The notes: generated by a model not told the origin, from the sequence alone. DNA of 64,000 nt from an uncultured Bacilli bacterium (GCA_934100165.1 CAKOPN010000005.1:33804-97803), one strand, 5' to 3'. Positions 18,258 through 27,976 are shown, counted from the stretch's first letter. Numbers and translations are program-made.

Positions 18258-19466
18258 ATGGATAAAAAAGTGTATAAATATATTGGAATATTAGTCGGCT
18301 TAGTAGTTTTATTAGTAGTAGTTGTATGGATATCTAATCTTGTTAGCGGTGGAACAACCTATTCCTATGAAAGTATAGAGAAAAAAATGGTAAGTGCTAC
18401 TAAAAGTTATATGAAAGATCATTCAGCAATGCTTCCTACAGAAGTTGGAGAAAGTGTAACAATATCACCAACTGTGTTAGTTAACAATAATTACTTTAAA
18501 GGTTTTGACGCATATGTAAAAGATAGCGACGTTGTATGTAACGGAAGTGTTGATGTATATATGGCTGGTGACGGTTATTATGATTACACACCAACTCTTA
18601 ATTGCGGAAATAAACACAATACAACGAAGTTATATGAAAAAGTTTTAGAAGATAATAACTATGGTGTAGTAATGGGATATGGTCTTTATCAAAGAGTGAA
18701 TGGAACGTTTGTTACAAACGAAGATAATCTAGTAATTGATAACAATTATGAAAGCCTTGAATATGTATTTCGTGGAAAAGATGTTAATAACTATGTAAAA
18801 ATCGATGATAATTACTGGAGAATAGTTGCAATAAGTGATGCCGGTGATATGACACTTTTATTCTCTGGAACACTCCAAAGAGGTGTATCTTGGGATGATA
18901 AATATAATGAAAGTGTTGGTAAAAATCAAGGTATAAATGATTATGAAAAAAATGGAATAAAAAGTACAATAAGAGAAGAAGTAGAAAAATTTTATAATGG
19001 AGAAGCAACATTGCTAAATAAAGAAGAATATAGTCCTAAAACTAAATATTTAATTTCACCTGCTTCATTGTGTATTGGCAAAAGAAAAGCAACGGATAAA
19101 GATTCAAGTGGAAAAATAGAATGTAGTCAAAGACTTGATGGACAGTATGTAGGATTGCTTCCAGCATACTACTATATGAATGCAAGTGTTGATGAAAACT
19201 GTGATACAATTACTTCAAGAAGTTGTGGAAATGATAACTATTTATCAAGCTTTAATGATTACTGGTGGCTTTTAACTGCTAATCAAGAAGCAAGTAATGA
19301 AGCATACCAAGTATTTAAAACCTATGCTCGTTCAGAATTGTGTATAGCAAAAACAAATGTTAAACCAACTGTTTTACTAGGAAATAGAGTATTATGGGAA
19401 AGTGGAGATGGAAGCAGTAACAATCCATATACCATCAAGTTTTATGCTGATGACAGTTTAAATTAA
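18258..19466 (+). CDS. Membrane-anchored Cys-rich extracellular protein of unknown function
   Basis: About 402 aa from the ATG at 18258 (GAGG RBS). An N-terminal TM anchor (YIGILVGLVVLLVVVVWI) is followed by an extracellular domain with ~10 Cys. Located inside the T4SS-like array. Confidence 0.55.
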   Translation: MDKKVYKYIGILVGLVVLLVVVVWISNLVSGGTTYSYESIEKKMVSATKSYMKDHSAMLPTEVGESVTISPTVLVNNNYFKGFDAYVKDSDVVCNGSVDVYMAGDGYYDYTPTLNCGNKHNTTKLYEKVLEDNNYGVVMGYGLYQRVNGTFVTNEDNLVIDNNYESLEYVFRGKDVNNYVKIDDNYWRIVAISDAGDMTLLFSGTLQRGVSWDDKYNESVGKNQGINDYEKNGIKSTIREEVEKFYNGEATLLNKEEYSPKTKYLISPASLCIGKRKATDKDSSGKIECSQRLDGQYVGLLPAYYYMNASVDENCDTITSRSCGNDNYLSSFNDYWWLLTANQEASNEAYQVFKTYARSELCIAKTNVKPTVLLGNRVLWESGDGSSNNPYTIKFYADDSLN

Positions 19467-19500
19467 AGATGAGTAGTTTTAATAAAAAAGGAGTGATATT

Positions 19501-21381
19501 ATGGGATTACAAGCAGAAAGTTGGATCAATAATATACTAAGGACAATTTTAGCTGGCCTTGATTATGTTATTTATGGACTAATTAAAAACGTACTTTTTC
19601 TAACTTTTGACTTAGCTAATTTAACAACAAGCTCAAAGATATTAAATGGTATATATAGTCGTATATATGTACTTTTAGGAGTATTTATGGCTTTCAAACT
19701 TTCTTTTTCATTCTTTCAATACATTGTTGATCCAGAATCAATGACAGGAAAAAGTGAAAAAGGTGTTGGAAAACTTATTTCACGTACAATAGTTATGCTT
19801 GTAGCACTGGTTGGTCTTCCAACAATATTATTTGGTGGTGGTGATGGTGAAGGCTTAATTCAGAGAGCTCAAAATGCATTTTTACCAATGCTACCTAGAG
19901 TTATCTTTGGAATAAGCGAAGATAGCGGTGTATCTGCAAGTAATGGTAATAACACTGAAGACATTACTAATGCTGCAAATACGATGGCAGCTTATACGTT
20001 AGGTGCTTTTTTCGCACCGTCGCCGGATTTGGATAGTGTATGTGAAGGTCAATATGCCAATACACCATACATAACATCACTTGACCAATTTATTTCAAAT
20101 GTTAATGTGAGTTGTAGAAACACTACTGGTAAGGGTGATAGTGCTAAATACTACAAATATAGTTATATATGCTTAATATCTACGGTAGTAGGACTATTGT
20201 TAGTAATTATTTTGTTAGGAATTGCCTTAGACGTTGGAAAGAGAGTTTTCAAAATGATAATTTTACAAGCAATAGCACCAATTCCAATAATGTCGTTAAT
20301 AGATCCAAAGTCAAGCAAAGATGGTGCTTTTTCACACTGGTTAAAGTCTTTAATTTCAACTTTCTTAGAAATATTTATTAAACTGGGTTTGGTATACCTT
20401 GTGCTTATGTTTATACAGTACATTATAAGTGGAGGATTGTTTAGTAATTTTCCAAGTTTTAGTGGACCAAACGGAGTAATTAGAAGTTCATTCTTATTTG
20501 TAACCTTGATAATAGCATTGCTCTTATTTGCCAAAGAAGCTCCAAAATTTATCAAGGATGCTATGGGAATTAAAGATTCAGGTGCTGGCTTTGGACAAGG
20601 AATGAGCGCTGCTATGGGAGCCATCGGTGGATTTATTGGTGGACGTGGTCTTGCTGGTATGGCAACAGGAGCAGTCGCAGGAGCTACAGCAGATCCTAAA
20701 GTTGGTGGTTACGCAGCAGGTCGTGACATAGCAGGTCAAATGAGAACAGGTGATAAAAACTGGAAAGGTGGTCTTACTAATGGCTTCATGAGAGGTGCAA
20801 GAAATCACCAAGGTACAAGAGAAGCAAGAAAACTTGGTGTAACTTCAGCAAGTTTGAGTGCTGCTAAAGATGCAATGAAGAAGGATGAAGAACGTGTTGA
20901 ATCACTACAACAAGCATATGGTGAAGCAGTACAAAGCGGAGATGCAACTGCTATTGCCGAAGCAAGAACAAATTTAAATGCTGCTATCAAACAGTCAAAA
21001 GCCTCAAAGAAAAGATACGAAGGTATGGACAAAATTGCCGATACATTTGGTATAAAAACACCAAAACATGTTGAAATGAAACAAAATGGAAACCCAGTGT
21101 ACAGAGGAAGAAGATCAGCAGCTAACCTTGCTGGCAAAGCTGGTAGTTGGATAGAGAATAGCAAAGTTGGTGCACCTATTAGAACAATTGATTCAGCAGT
21201 ACAACAGCATAGAATTAATCAAGTAACAAGAGGTGCAGCATTTGGAGATGATTCAGCACTTGCAGAAAGAAGAGATGAACTAGATAGTAGAGGTACATTA
21301 CAATCAAAAACTGGTCGTCACTTTGCACCAAGAGGCTCAAATAACAATAATTCTGGCGGTTCTAGTGGAAGTAGTTCATAA
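19501..21381 (+). CDS. VirB6/TrbL-like polytopic membrane protein with a long Gly-rich hydrophilic C-terminal tail
   Basis: 626 aa. About 6 TM helices in the first ~360 aa, then a Gly/Ala-rich segment (GAGFGQGMSAAMGAIGGFIGGRGLAGMATGAVAGA) and a ~250-aa charged tail ending in SGGSSGSSS. This architecture and the synteny (before VirB3-like and VirB4) are typical of VirB6-like proteins of Gram-positive T4SS. Confidence 0.5.
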   Translation: MGLQAESWINNILRTILAGLDYVIYGLIKNVLFLTFDLANLTTSSKILNGIYSRIYVLLGVFMAFKLSFSFFQYIVDPESMTGKSEKGVGKLISRTIVMLVALVGLPTILFGGGDGEGLIQRAQNAFLPMLPRVIFGISEDSGVSASNGNNTEDITNAANTMAAYTLGAFFAPSPDLDSVCEGQYANTPYITSLDQFISNVNVSCRNTTGKGDSAKYYKYSYICLISTVVGLLLVIILLGIALDVGKRVFKMIILQAIAPIPIMSLIDPKSSKDGAFSHWLKSLISTFLEIFIKLGLVYLVLMFIQYIISGGLFSNFPSFSGPNGVIRSSFLFVTLIIALLLFAKEAPKFIKDAMGIKDSGAGFGQGMSAAMGAIGGFIGGRGLAGMATGAVAGATADPKVGGYAAGRDIAGQMRTGDKNWKGGLTNGFMRGARNHQGTREARKLGVTSASLSAAKDAMKKDEERVESLQQAYGEAVQSGDATAIAEARTNLNAAIKQSKASKKRYEGMDKIADTFGIKTPKHVEMKQNGNPVYRGRRSAANLAGKAGSWIENSKVGAPIRTIDSAVQQHRINQVTRGAAFGDDSALAERRDELDSRGTLQSKTGRHFAPRGSNNNNSGGSSGSSS

Positions 21382-21399
21382 AAGGGAGTGTGATATATA

Positions 21400-21726
21400 G
21401 TGAATAATTATTTAATACCCGCAAATGCCAATAGAGGAAGACTAATTTTAGGGTACTTCAGGCCAATTGATTTAATTATCTTTCTAGTAGGAATTACAGC
21501 AACACTAATTTTATTCTTAGTATTTCAGGATTATACCGACAGTACTTTGGTAGTTATAACTCTTATGCTTCCAGTACTTACAGCATTACTCTTAGTATTA
21601 CCAATACCATATCAACATAACGTATTGGTTCTTCTTACAGCTATATATAGTTTCTTTTGTGTAAATAGACAAAAATATGTTTGGAGAGGTTGGTGTATGA
21701 AATATGACGACGAGACAAAGAAGTAG
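21400..21726 (+). CDS. VirB3/PrgI-like small two-TM membrane protein
   Basis: 108 aa with two TM helices, immediately upstream of the VirB4 gene as in Gram-positive conjugation loci. GTG start with an AAGGGAG RBS. Confidence 0.4.
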   Translation: MNNYLIPANANRGRLILGYFRPIDLIIFLVGITATLILFLVFQDYTDSTLVVITLMLPVLTALLLVLPIPYQHNVLVLLTAIYSFFCVNRQKYVWRGWCMKYDDETKK

Positions 21727-22255
21727 ATTTACAGAAGACTGGGTACCAGTTCAAAATATTACAAATGGAATGATAATCCTTAACAATCAAGAAAAAGTAA
21801 CTGGAGTTAAAGTTGCTCCTAAAAATATATTTATATTGGATTATGAATCACAGCAATCAGTTTTGGTAAACTTGCAAAATATGTATAACCAAATAGATTT
21901 TGAGTTTTGGTTAGTAGTAGCGGATAGACCAGTTGACATATCTGTGTATATGTCACAATTACAACTCCTTTATAATCAAGAGTCTTCACCAGCAATTAGA
22001 AAACTTATTGCTGAAGACATAGATAAAGGAAGTTCATTTATGAATAACAACGTTGTTGATACAGAATATTTCCTTCTATTTAAAGAAAGAGATATGGATA
22101 GAATTCAAAGAAGAATAAGAATGCTTATAAATGCATTAGCAACAGCAGGACTTTCAGCAAAACAAACATCAAATGAGGATTTAAGAGTTATACTCGATAA
22201 CTTCTTAAATGGTGGAAAAACTACAGATTTTGGAACGGTGGTGGTTAATCAATGA
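21704..22255 (+). CDS. Hypothetical protein; possible separately encoded N-terminal portion or partner of VirB4
   Basis: 183 aa with no TM. It overlaps the VirB3-like gene by 23 nt and the VirB4 ORF by ATGA (22252-22255). Together with the 597-aa ORF it sums to ~780 aa, the usual VirB4 size. Confidence 0.4.
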   Translation: MTTRQRSRFTEDWVPVQNITNGMIILNNQEKVTGVKVAPKNIFILDYESQQSVLVNLQNMYNQIDFEFWLVVADRPVDISVYMSQLQLLYNQESSPAIRKLIAEDIDKGSSFMNNNVVDTEYFLLFKERDMDRIQRRIRMLINALATAGLSAKQTSNEDLRVILDNFLNGGKTTDFGTVVVNQ

Positions 22256-24045
22256 GTATGTTAAAGTTTAAATCACAAATTGCACCAAAAGGATTACAAT
22301 TTTATCCTAGTGAATTTTTTATAAGTGATAAATATGCTACTATATTAACAGTTGTATCATTTCCAAAATTTATTTCGCCAGGATACCTTTCAAGCATAAC
22401 AAATATGTCTGGTATTAAGATTGTTATCAAACATATTCCACTACCTTTTTCAGTAGTATCAAAAATGTTAAATAAGCAAATAGCAGACTTAAAAATTAAA
22501 TATCAAGAAGAACATGATAGAACAATGCAAGAAAAATATCGTATGGACTATGAATCACTTGAGTCTTTCGTAACAATGTTAGCAGGAAGTCAAGCTAGAA
22601 TATTCGATTTCCAAATGCATATTTTAATTACTGCAGATTCAAAAGAAAGTTTGGAACTTAAGAAAACAAATATTAAAAACTACCTAGATGCCATGGGAAT
22701 GAAAGGAGTGGCATTAAGATTTGAGCAAGAAAAAGCTTTAAAATCAATGATTCCAGTATTTCCAAAGCAAGACATAGAAGAGAGAATAGGAACACCAATC
22801 CCTTCAGTAACAATTGCTGCAATGTACCCATTTATCTTTGACAGCGTAAAAGATCCTGGATATGCAACGCTTTTAGGAGTTGATTTCTCAGGTGGTGTTA
22901 TCTTGTTCAACCAATTCTTGTATAAAATAAGAAAAGAAAATAATAGAAACAATGCAAACCTTATCTTACTAGGTACATCAGGTAGTGGTAAATCAACAGC
23001 AGCTAAACTTTTACTTAGAGGCCATATAAGAAATGGTTGCCAAATAGTAGCAATAGACCCAGAAAACGAGCTTGAAGAGATGACAAAAACATTTGGAGGA
23101 GACACAATCGACCTTGGTAAAGGTGGAGAATTCGGTATGATTAACCCACTTCAAATAGTAATTGATGCTGATGAAGATGAAATGAGACAGGGACTAGGAT
23201 ATACAGTCTTAACTCGTACACTACAGTTCTTAAAAGCCTTTATGAAATATTATGATCCATCAATTGAAGAAGATGTACTTACATTGTTTAGTGAAGTTGT
23301 TCAAGATACATACAAGCGTTTTGGAATTGACTTTGATAAAGACTTCTATAGCTATGGACCACAAGATTATCCAACATTCTCAGATGTTTATGAAACTATA
23401 AAAGCAATACTTTTATCAATGACGGATAAAACACATGAACGTGATATAATGGAAAGACTTGAGTTAAAAATAAGACCACTTACCAAAGATTTAAAATACT
23501 ATTTTGATGGTCATACAACTATAACTCATGATAGCGATTTTATTACATTTAACATTAAAGAGCTTATGAATGCTGATGAAAATATTAAAAATGCACTTTT
23601 CTTCAACATTTTGAAATATGCTTGGGGATTATGTTTGGACAAAGATGTTGATACAATTCTGATGGTAGATGAAGCACACGTTCTATTAAGTGATAGCAAT
23701 ACTCTAGGTGCAGACTTCTTAGCTCAAGTTCAAAGACGTGCTAGAAAATATAACACAGGAACGATTATAATTACACAACAACCAAGTGACTTTGCAGCGC
23801 CAAGTGTTCTAGTACAAGGTAAAGCAATATTCGATAATGCTTCTTACTACTTAGTAATGGGATTAAAGAAACAAGCAACAGAGGACTTAAGTCTGTTGAT
23901 AGATTTAAATGATAATGAAAAAGAAAGTATTAAACAGTATTCACAAGGTGAAGCACTGTTCGTCTGTGGAAATAGACGTATGAGAATAAATGTTATTGTA
24001 ACACCAGAAGAGCTATCATCATTCGGTAGTGGCGGAGGACTATAA
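22252..24045 (+). CDS. VirB4/TraE/TrsE-family T4SS ATPase
   Basis: 597 aa. Walker A LILLGTSGSGKST, Walker B ILMVDEAHVL, motif RRARKYNTGTIIITQQPSDF, and the N-terminal YPSEFFISDKYATILTVVSFPKF region typical of Gram-positive VirB4 proteins. Confidence 0.85.
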   Translation: MSMLKFKSQIAPKGLQFYPSEFFISDKYATILTVVSFPKFISPGYLSSITNMSGIKIVIKHIPLPFSVVSKMLNKQIADLKIKYQEEHDRTMQEKYRMDYESLESFVTMLAGSQARIFDFQMHILITADSKESLELKKTNIKNYLDAMGMKGVALRFEQEKALKSMIPVFPKQDIEERIGTPIPSVTIAAMYPFIFDSVKDPGYATLLGVDFSGGVILFNQFLYKIRKENNRNNANLILLGTSGSGKSTAAKLLLRGHIRNGCQIVAIDPENELEEMTKTFGGDTIDLGKGGEFGMINPLQIVIDADEDEMRQGLGYTVLTRTLQFLKAFMKYYDPSIEEDVLTLFSEVVQDTYKRFGIDFDKDFYSYGPQDYPTFSDVYETIKAILLSMTDKTHERDIMERLELKIRPLTKDLKYYFDGHTTITHDSDFITFNIKELMNADENIKNALFFNILKYAWGLCLDKDVDTILMVDEAHVLLSDSNTLGADFLAQVQRRARKYNTGTIIITQQPSDFAAPSVLVQGKAIFDNASYYLVMGLKKQATEDLSLLIDLNDNEKESIKQYSQGEALFVCGNRRMRINVIVTPEELSSFGSGGGL

Positions 24046-24136
24046 TATAAAAAAACAAAGCATCTAGAAATAGATGTTTTTCTTGTAATAATACATCTTT
24101 TAGTATATAATATAATGGAAATGTGGAGGTATATTT

Positions 24137-25399
24137 ATGGCAAATAAAAAAAATGAAAACGAAGTAGTAGTAAAAATCGAAGGAGAAAGTTGGAAAAAAG
24201 CCTTAGATAAAGCATTTGCAGAGAAAGTTAAAAAAGTAAATGTTGCAGGTTTTAGAAAAGGTAAAGTTCCACGTGATATATATGAAAAGAAGTTTGGAAA
24301 AGAAAGTTTATATTTTCCAGCTAGTGATTATGTAATTTCAGAAGCATATGAGAAAGCAATTAAGGACTCAAAATTAGTTCCAGTTGTACAACCTAAGATT
24401 GAGATTAAGGATGTAAACGATGAAGCTATAGAATTTGTTTTCAAAATAATTACTAAACCTGAAGTAAAAATTAAAAAGTATAAAGGACTATCAGTAAAAC
24501 CTGAAAAAGTAAAAGTAACTAAAGAAGAAGTTGAAACTGAAGTTGAACGTATGCTTGAAAAATACAGTGAAGTTCGTACTAAAGAAAAAGGAGCTTTAAA
24601 AGGGGGAGAAATAGCTATTATTGATTTCGAAGGATTTAAAGATGGAACACCATTTGAAGGCGGAAAAGCTGAAAACTATGAACTTGAAATCGGAAGTCAT
24701 ACATTTATTCCAGGATTTGAAGAACAATTAGTAGGAATGAAAACAGAAGAAGAAAAAGAAATTAAAGTTACATTCCCTAAAGATTATCCAGTAGAGGATT
24801 TAAAAGATAAAGAAGTAACTTTTAAAGTAAAACTTCATGAAATAAAAGAAAAAGTTAAAAGAGAATTCGATAAAGAATTATTTGAAGATTTAGCAATTGA
24901 AGGTGTTGATTCAAAAGAGACACTATATAAACACATTGAAGATGAAATCAAGGCACACAAAGAAATGCATGCTGAAAATGATTATGTTGATAAATTATTA
25001 GAGACAGTAGCAAAGAATGTAGAAGTTGATATTCCAGAAGAAATGGTTGAAGAAGAAGTAGACAGAATGCTTGAAAGATATAATGAACAACTAAGAAGCC
25101 AAGGTGCATCAATCGAAATGTATTATGCATTTACTAAAACAACTGAAAAAGATTTAAGAGCAAGTATGGAAAAAGATGCTTACAACCATGTATTATATCG
25201 TTTAATGCTTGAAGAAATTGCTAATATTGAAAAGATAGAAGTTACTGAAGAAGATTCAAACAAAGAAGCAGAAGAACTTGCAAAGAAATATAACATGAAG
25301 AAAGAAGAGTTCTTAAAAATGTTTGGTGGTTTAGAAATGATTCAGTACGATCTTGAAATAAGAAAAGTAATTGAATTATTAAAAGAATTAAATAAATAG
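24137..25399 (+). CDS. tig: Trigger factor (ribosome-associated PPIase chaperone)
   Basis: 420 aa. The N-terminal ribosome-binding signature VNVAGFRKGKVPR plus FKBP-type domain and C-terminal arm. Confidence 0.95.
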   Translation: MANKKNENEVVVKIEGESWKKALDKAFAEKVKKVNVAGFRKGKVPRDIYEKKFGKESLYFPASDYVISEAYEKAIKDSKLVPVVQPKIEIKDVNDEAIEFVFKIITKPEVKIKKYKGLSVKPEKVKVTKEEVETEVERMLEKYSEVRTKEKGALKGGEIAIIDFEGFKDGTPFEGGKAENYELEIGSHTFIPGFEEQLVGMKTEEEKEIKVTFPKDYPVEDLKDKEVTFKVKLHEIKEKVKREFDKELFEDLAIEGVDSKETLYKHIEDEIKAHKEMHAENDYVDKLLETVAKNVEVDIPEEMVEEEVDRMLERYNEQLRSQGASIEMYYAFTKTTEKDLRASMEKDAYNHVLYRLMLEEIANIEKIEVTEEDSNKEAEELAKKYNMKKEEFLKMFGGLEMIQYDLEIRKVIELLKELNK

Positions 25400-25410
25400 A
25401 AAAAGTTATA

Positions 25411-25439
25411 TAGCCAGCATTGATTGCCGGCTATTTTTT
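25411..25439 (+). terminator. Rho-independent terminator after tig
   Basis: Hairpin TAGCCAGCA...TGCCGGCTA followed by TTTTTT. Confidence 0.55.
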
Positions 25440-25527
25440 ATCATATAGACCGAAAAGAAAGTTTAATAAGAACTTTTTTTTTTGCCTTTAATGTGCTATT
25501 ATATACATAGAATAGAGGGTGATTAAA

Positions 25528-26052
25528 ATGGAAGAAGAACAAATCATAAAAGAAGAATTAAAGAAAAATACAAAACAGGATATCTTGTGTTATATAGGAA
25601 TAGCAGTAATATTTATTATGATATTTATTCCCCCAATATTTAGAATAGTATTTTATGATCCGACAAGCGAAAAAAAAGAAGTAGATGTTGTATATGCTAA
25701 TTTGAAATGCTATAGAAGTTTTTATAGAGACGGAAAAACTATAGATATTAGAATTGAAAATAATTATAGAGATCTAATTGTGTTAAATTCAAAAATGACG
25801 TTTAGTTATACTGATCCGGAAGAAGAGATAAGTGAAGTTACATATCTTAATGCCATAGAGCAACCAGGGGTAAAAAAAGAAAAACTAACAAATGGTTATT
25901 CATATCAAATCGACTACGAAAATAATCCAGCTTTATACGATTTAAATGAACTAAGTGAGTACAATTTAACTGAACCAGCGCAAAGAAACTATTTTAAGAC
26001 ACAAAACTTTACTTGCGAACGTGACGTTAAGACTGTAAAGGAGGAAAAATAG
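25528..26052 (+). CDS. Hypothetical membrane-anchored protein
   Basis: About 174 aa from the ATG at 25528 (AGAGGGTG RBS). One TM (ILCYIGIAVIFIMIFIPPIF). No recognisable domain. Confidence 0.55.
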   Translation: MEEEQIIKEELKKNTKQDILCYIGIAVIFIMIFIPPIFRIVFYDPTSEKKEVDVVYANLKCYRSFYRDGKTIDIRIENNYRDLIVLNSKMTFSYTDPEEEISEVTYLNAIEQPGVKKEKLTNGYSYQIDYENNPALYDLNELSEYNLTEPAQRNYFKTQNFTCERDVKTVKEEK

Positions 26053-27426
26053 ATGCAAGTTACAAGTAATATAAATAAATATATCTTTAGAGGATATGAC
26101 ATAAGGGGAGTTTATGGACAAGATTTAAACAGCGATGTAGCCTATACAATAGGTAGAAGTTTTGCAACTTATGTTAAAAAAATGGGAAAACAAGTTGCTA
26201 TTGTTGGAAGAGATAATAGATATTCATCACTTGAACTTCAAACATCTTTGATTAAAGGTCTTGTAGATAGTGGCCTAGACGTTGTAGACTTAGGGCTTGT
26301 AACTACTCCAATGTATTATTATGCTTGTATTAAATTTGAAAATCCAACTGGAATAATGGTTACAGCTAGTCATAATCCAAAAGATGATAATGGCTTTAAA
26401 TTTGCATTTGATGAACGTGGAAATGCAAGAGGAAAAATGATTGAAGAATTTAGAGATTTTACTTATGCTGGAAATTTTGATCAAGGAAAAGGTAGAATTG
26501 CTAAATATAATATAGAGGAAGAATATATTGCACTATTTGAAGAATCATTAAGCTTTGGGCCAGGAAAGGTAAAGGCAATAATCGATTTAGGAAATGGTAC
26601 GACTAGCATAATTGCTAAAAAGTTGTATGAAAAGTTTCCAATAGAATTAGAAGTTATCTTTGGTGATAGTGATCCAACTTTCCCAAATCATCATCCTGAT
26701 CCATGTGTTCCAGAAAACTTAAAGGTTTTAAGTAAAATGGTAGCAGAAAGTGATGCTGATGTTGGACTTGCCTTTGATGGTGATGGAGATAGATTAGGTG
26801 TCGTTGATGAAAACGGTAACTATATACCAACTGATAAATATATGATAATGATAATAAGAGACATCATAAATAAAGTTGATAAAAAAGAATTTTTATATGA
26901 TGTTAAATGTTCTAAGTCATTAAGTGATGAAATAGAAAAACTAGGTGCAAAAGGCATATGCTATAGAACTGGTAATTCCTATACAAAGGCTAAAGTAAAA
27001 GATGACAATCTACCATTTGGAGGAGAATTGTCAGGACACGTATATTTTAATGATAAATGGCCTTGCTTTGATTCAGGATTATATGCAGGATTAAGACTTT
27101 TGGAAATATTATCACATACAAATAAAAATGTAAGTGAGCTTTTGGAAGGAATAAATGAGTACTATTCAACACCAGAACTAAAGTTTGCATCACCTGATGA
27201 TAAAAAATTTGCTGTGGTGGAAAAAATTAAAAAGTATGCTATAGAAAAAGGATATGAAATCATAGATATAGATGGTGTAAGAGTTAATTTTAGTGATGGT
27301 TGGGCACTAGTTAGAGCAAGTAACACTGGTCCAAATTTAACTGCAAGATTTGAAGCCAAAACAGAAGATAGATTAGAGAAAATTAAAAAGGAATTCACTG
27401 ATTTAATAGAAGAATATAACAAATAG
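26053..27426 (+). CDS. Phosphomannomutase/phosphoglucomutase-family (alpha-D-phosphohexomutase) enzyme
   Basis: 457 aa. Active-site loop TASHNPKDDNGFKF, metal-binding FDGDGDR and the sugar-binding GGELSGH motif. Confidence 0.85.
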   Translation: MQVTSNINKYIFRGYDIRGVYGQDLNSDVAYTIGRSFATYVKKMGKQVAIVGRDNRYSSLELQTSLIKGLVDSGLDVVDLGLVTTPMYYYACIKFENPTGIMVTASHNPKDDNGFKFAFDERGNARGKMIEEFRDFTYAGNFDQGKGRIAKYNIEEEYIALFEESLSFGPGKVKAIIDLGNGTTSIIAKKLYEKFPIELEVIFGDSDPTFPNHHPDPCVPENLKVLSKMVAESDADVGLAFDGDGDRLGVVDENGNYIPTDKYMIMIIRDIINKVDKKEFLYDVKCSKSLSDEIEKLGAKGICYRTGNSYTKAKVKDDNLPFGGELSGHVYFNDKWPCFDSGLYAGLRLLEILSHTNKNVSELLEGINEYYSTPELKFASPDDKKFAVVEKIKKYAIEKGYEIIDIDGVRVNFSDGWALVRASNTGPNLTARFEAKTEDRLEKIKKEFTDLIEEYNK

Positions 27427-27530
27427 TAGGTACTTAAAAAGTATCTACTTTTATTTACAAATACTTGCTTAAAGCTTCTTTTGCATATATACTATTAAGT
27501 TACAAATACAAAGGAAGGAAACGTATAAAA

Positions 27531-27923
27531 ATGACAATAATAGAAAGCTATGACAACTTAAGTCAAAGTAAAATTGCAAGTGATGAAAATATAAGGATCT
27601 ATAGGGAACATATTGAAAGTTATATGGATACTTTAGAAAAATATAGATTAAGAAAAGAAAATATCGTATCTATTTTATCTCATCCAATAATAGCAGTAAA
27701 AGGAAGAATAGAGCTTGGAAGAGTAGAGGGGTTAAGTAAGAATTTTGAATCTGTGCTATCGAGGAGTATAGTAGGTTTTATGTATGAAGAAACAGGTGAC
27801 TTAGAAGTTGATTTAGAAGAAGCTTGTAAGTATTACAAACCAAAGTATATAAGAGAGTTTATGTTAAATAATCCTGTAGAAAAGCCAAAAAGTTTAAAAG
27901 TTTCAAAAAAACGTGTTTATTAG
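27531..27923 (+). CDS. Hypothetical protein
   Basis: About 130 aa from the ATG at 27531. The track ORF start at 27465 has no RBS. No recognisable domain. Confidence 0.45.
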   Translation: MTIIESYDNLSQSKIASDENIRIYREHIESYMDTLEKYRLRKENIVSILSHPIIAVKGRIELGRVEGLSKNFESVLSRSIVGFMYEETGDLEVDLEEACKYYKPKYIREFMLNNPVEKPKSLKVSKKRVY

Positions 27924-27976
27924 TTTAATCATTTTTGTTATACTATTTAAGTAAAATATAAAAAAGAGGTGTTAAA

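Noticed and set aside
20163-21164. - strand ORFs (153, 77 and 119 aa) within the VirB6-like gene
   Set aside because: They are antisense to a 626-aa ORF with coherent membrane-protein architecture and have no independent start signals.
22250-22256. Alternative genetic code (TGA=Trp, Mollicute code 4) as an explanation for the split VirB4 and short ClpB
   Set aside because: Tryptophan is encoded by TGG throughout (for example in tig, topA and GH3). Many long ORFs terminate cleanly at TGA. The two VirB4 ORFs are in different frames, so read-through of TGA would not fuse them.
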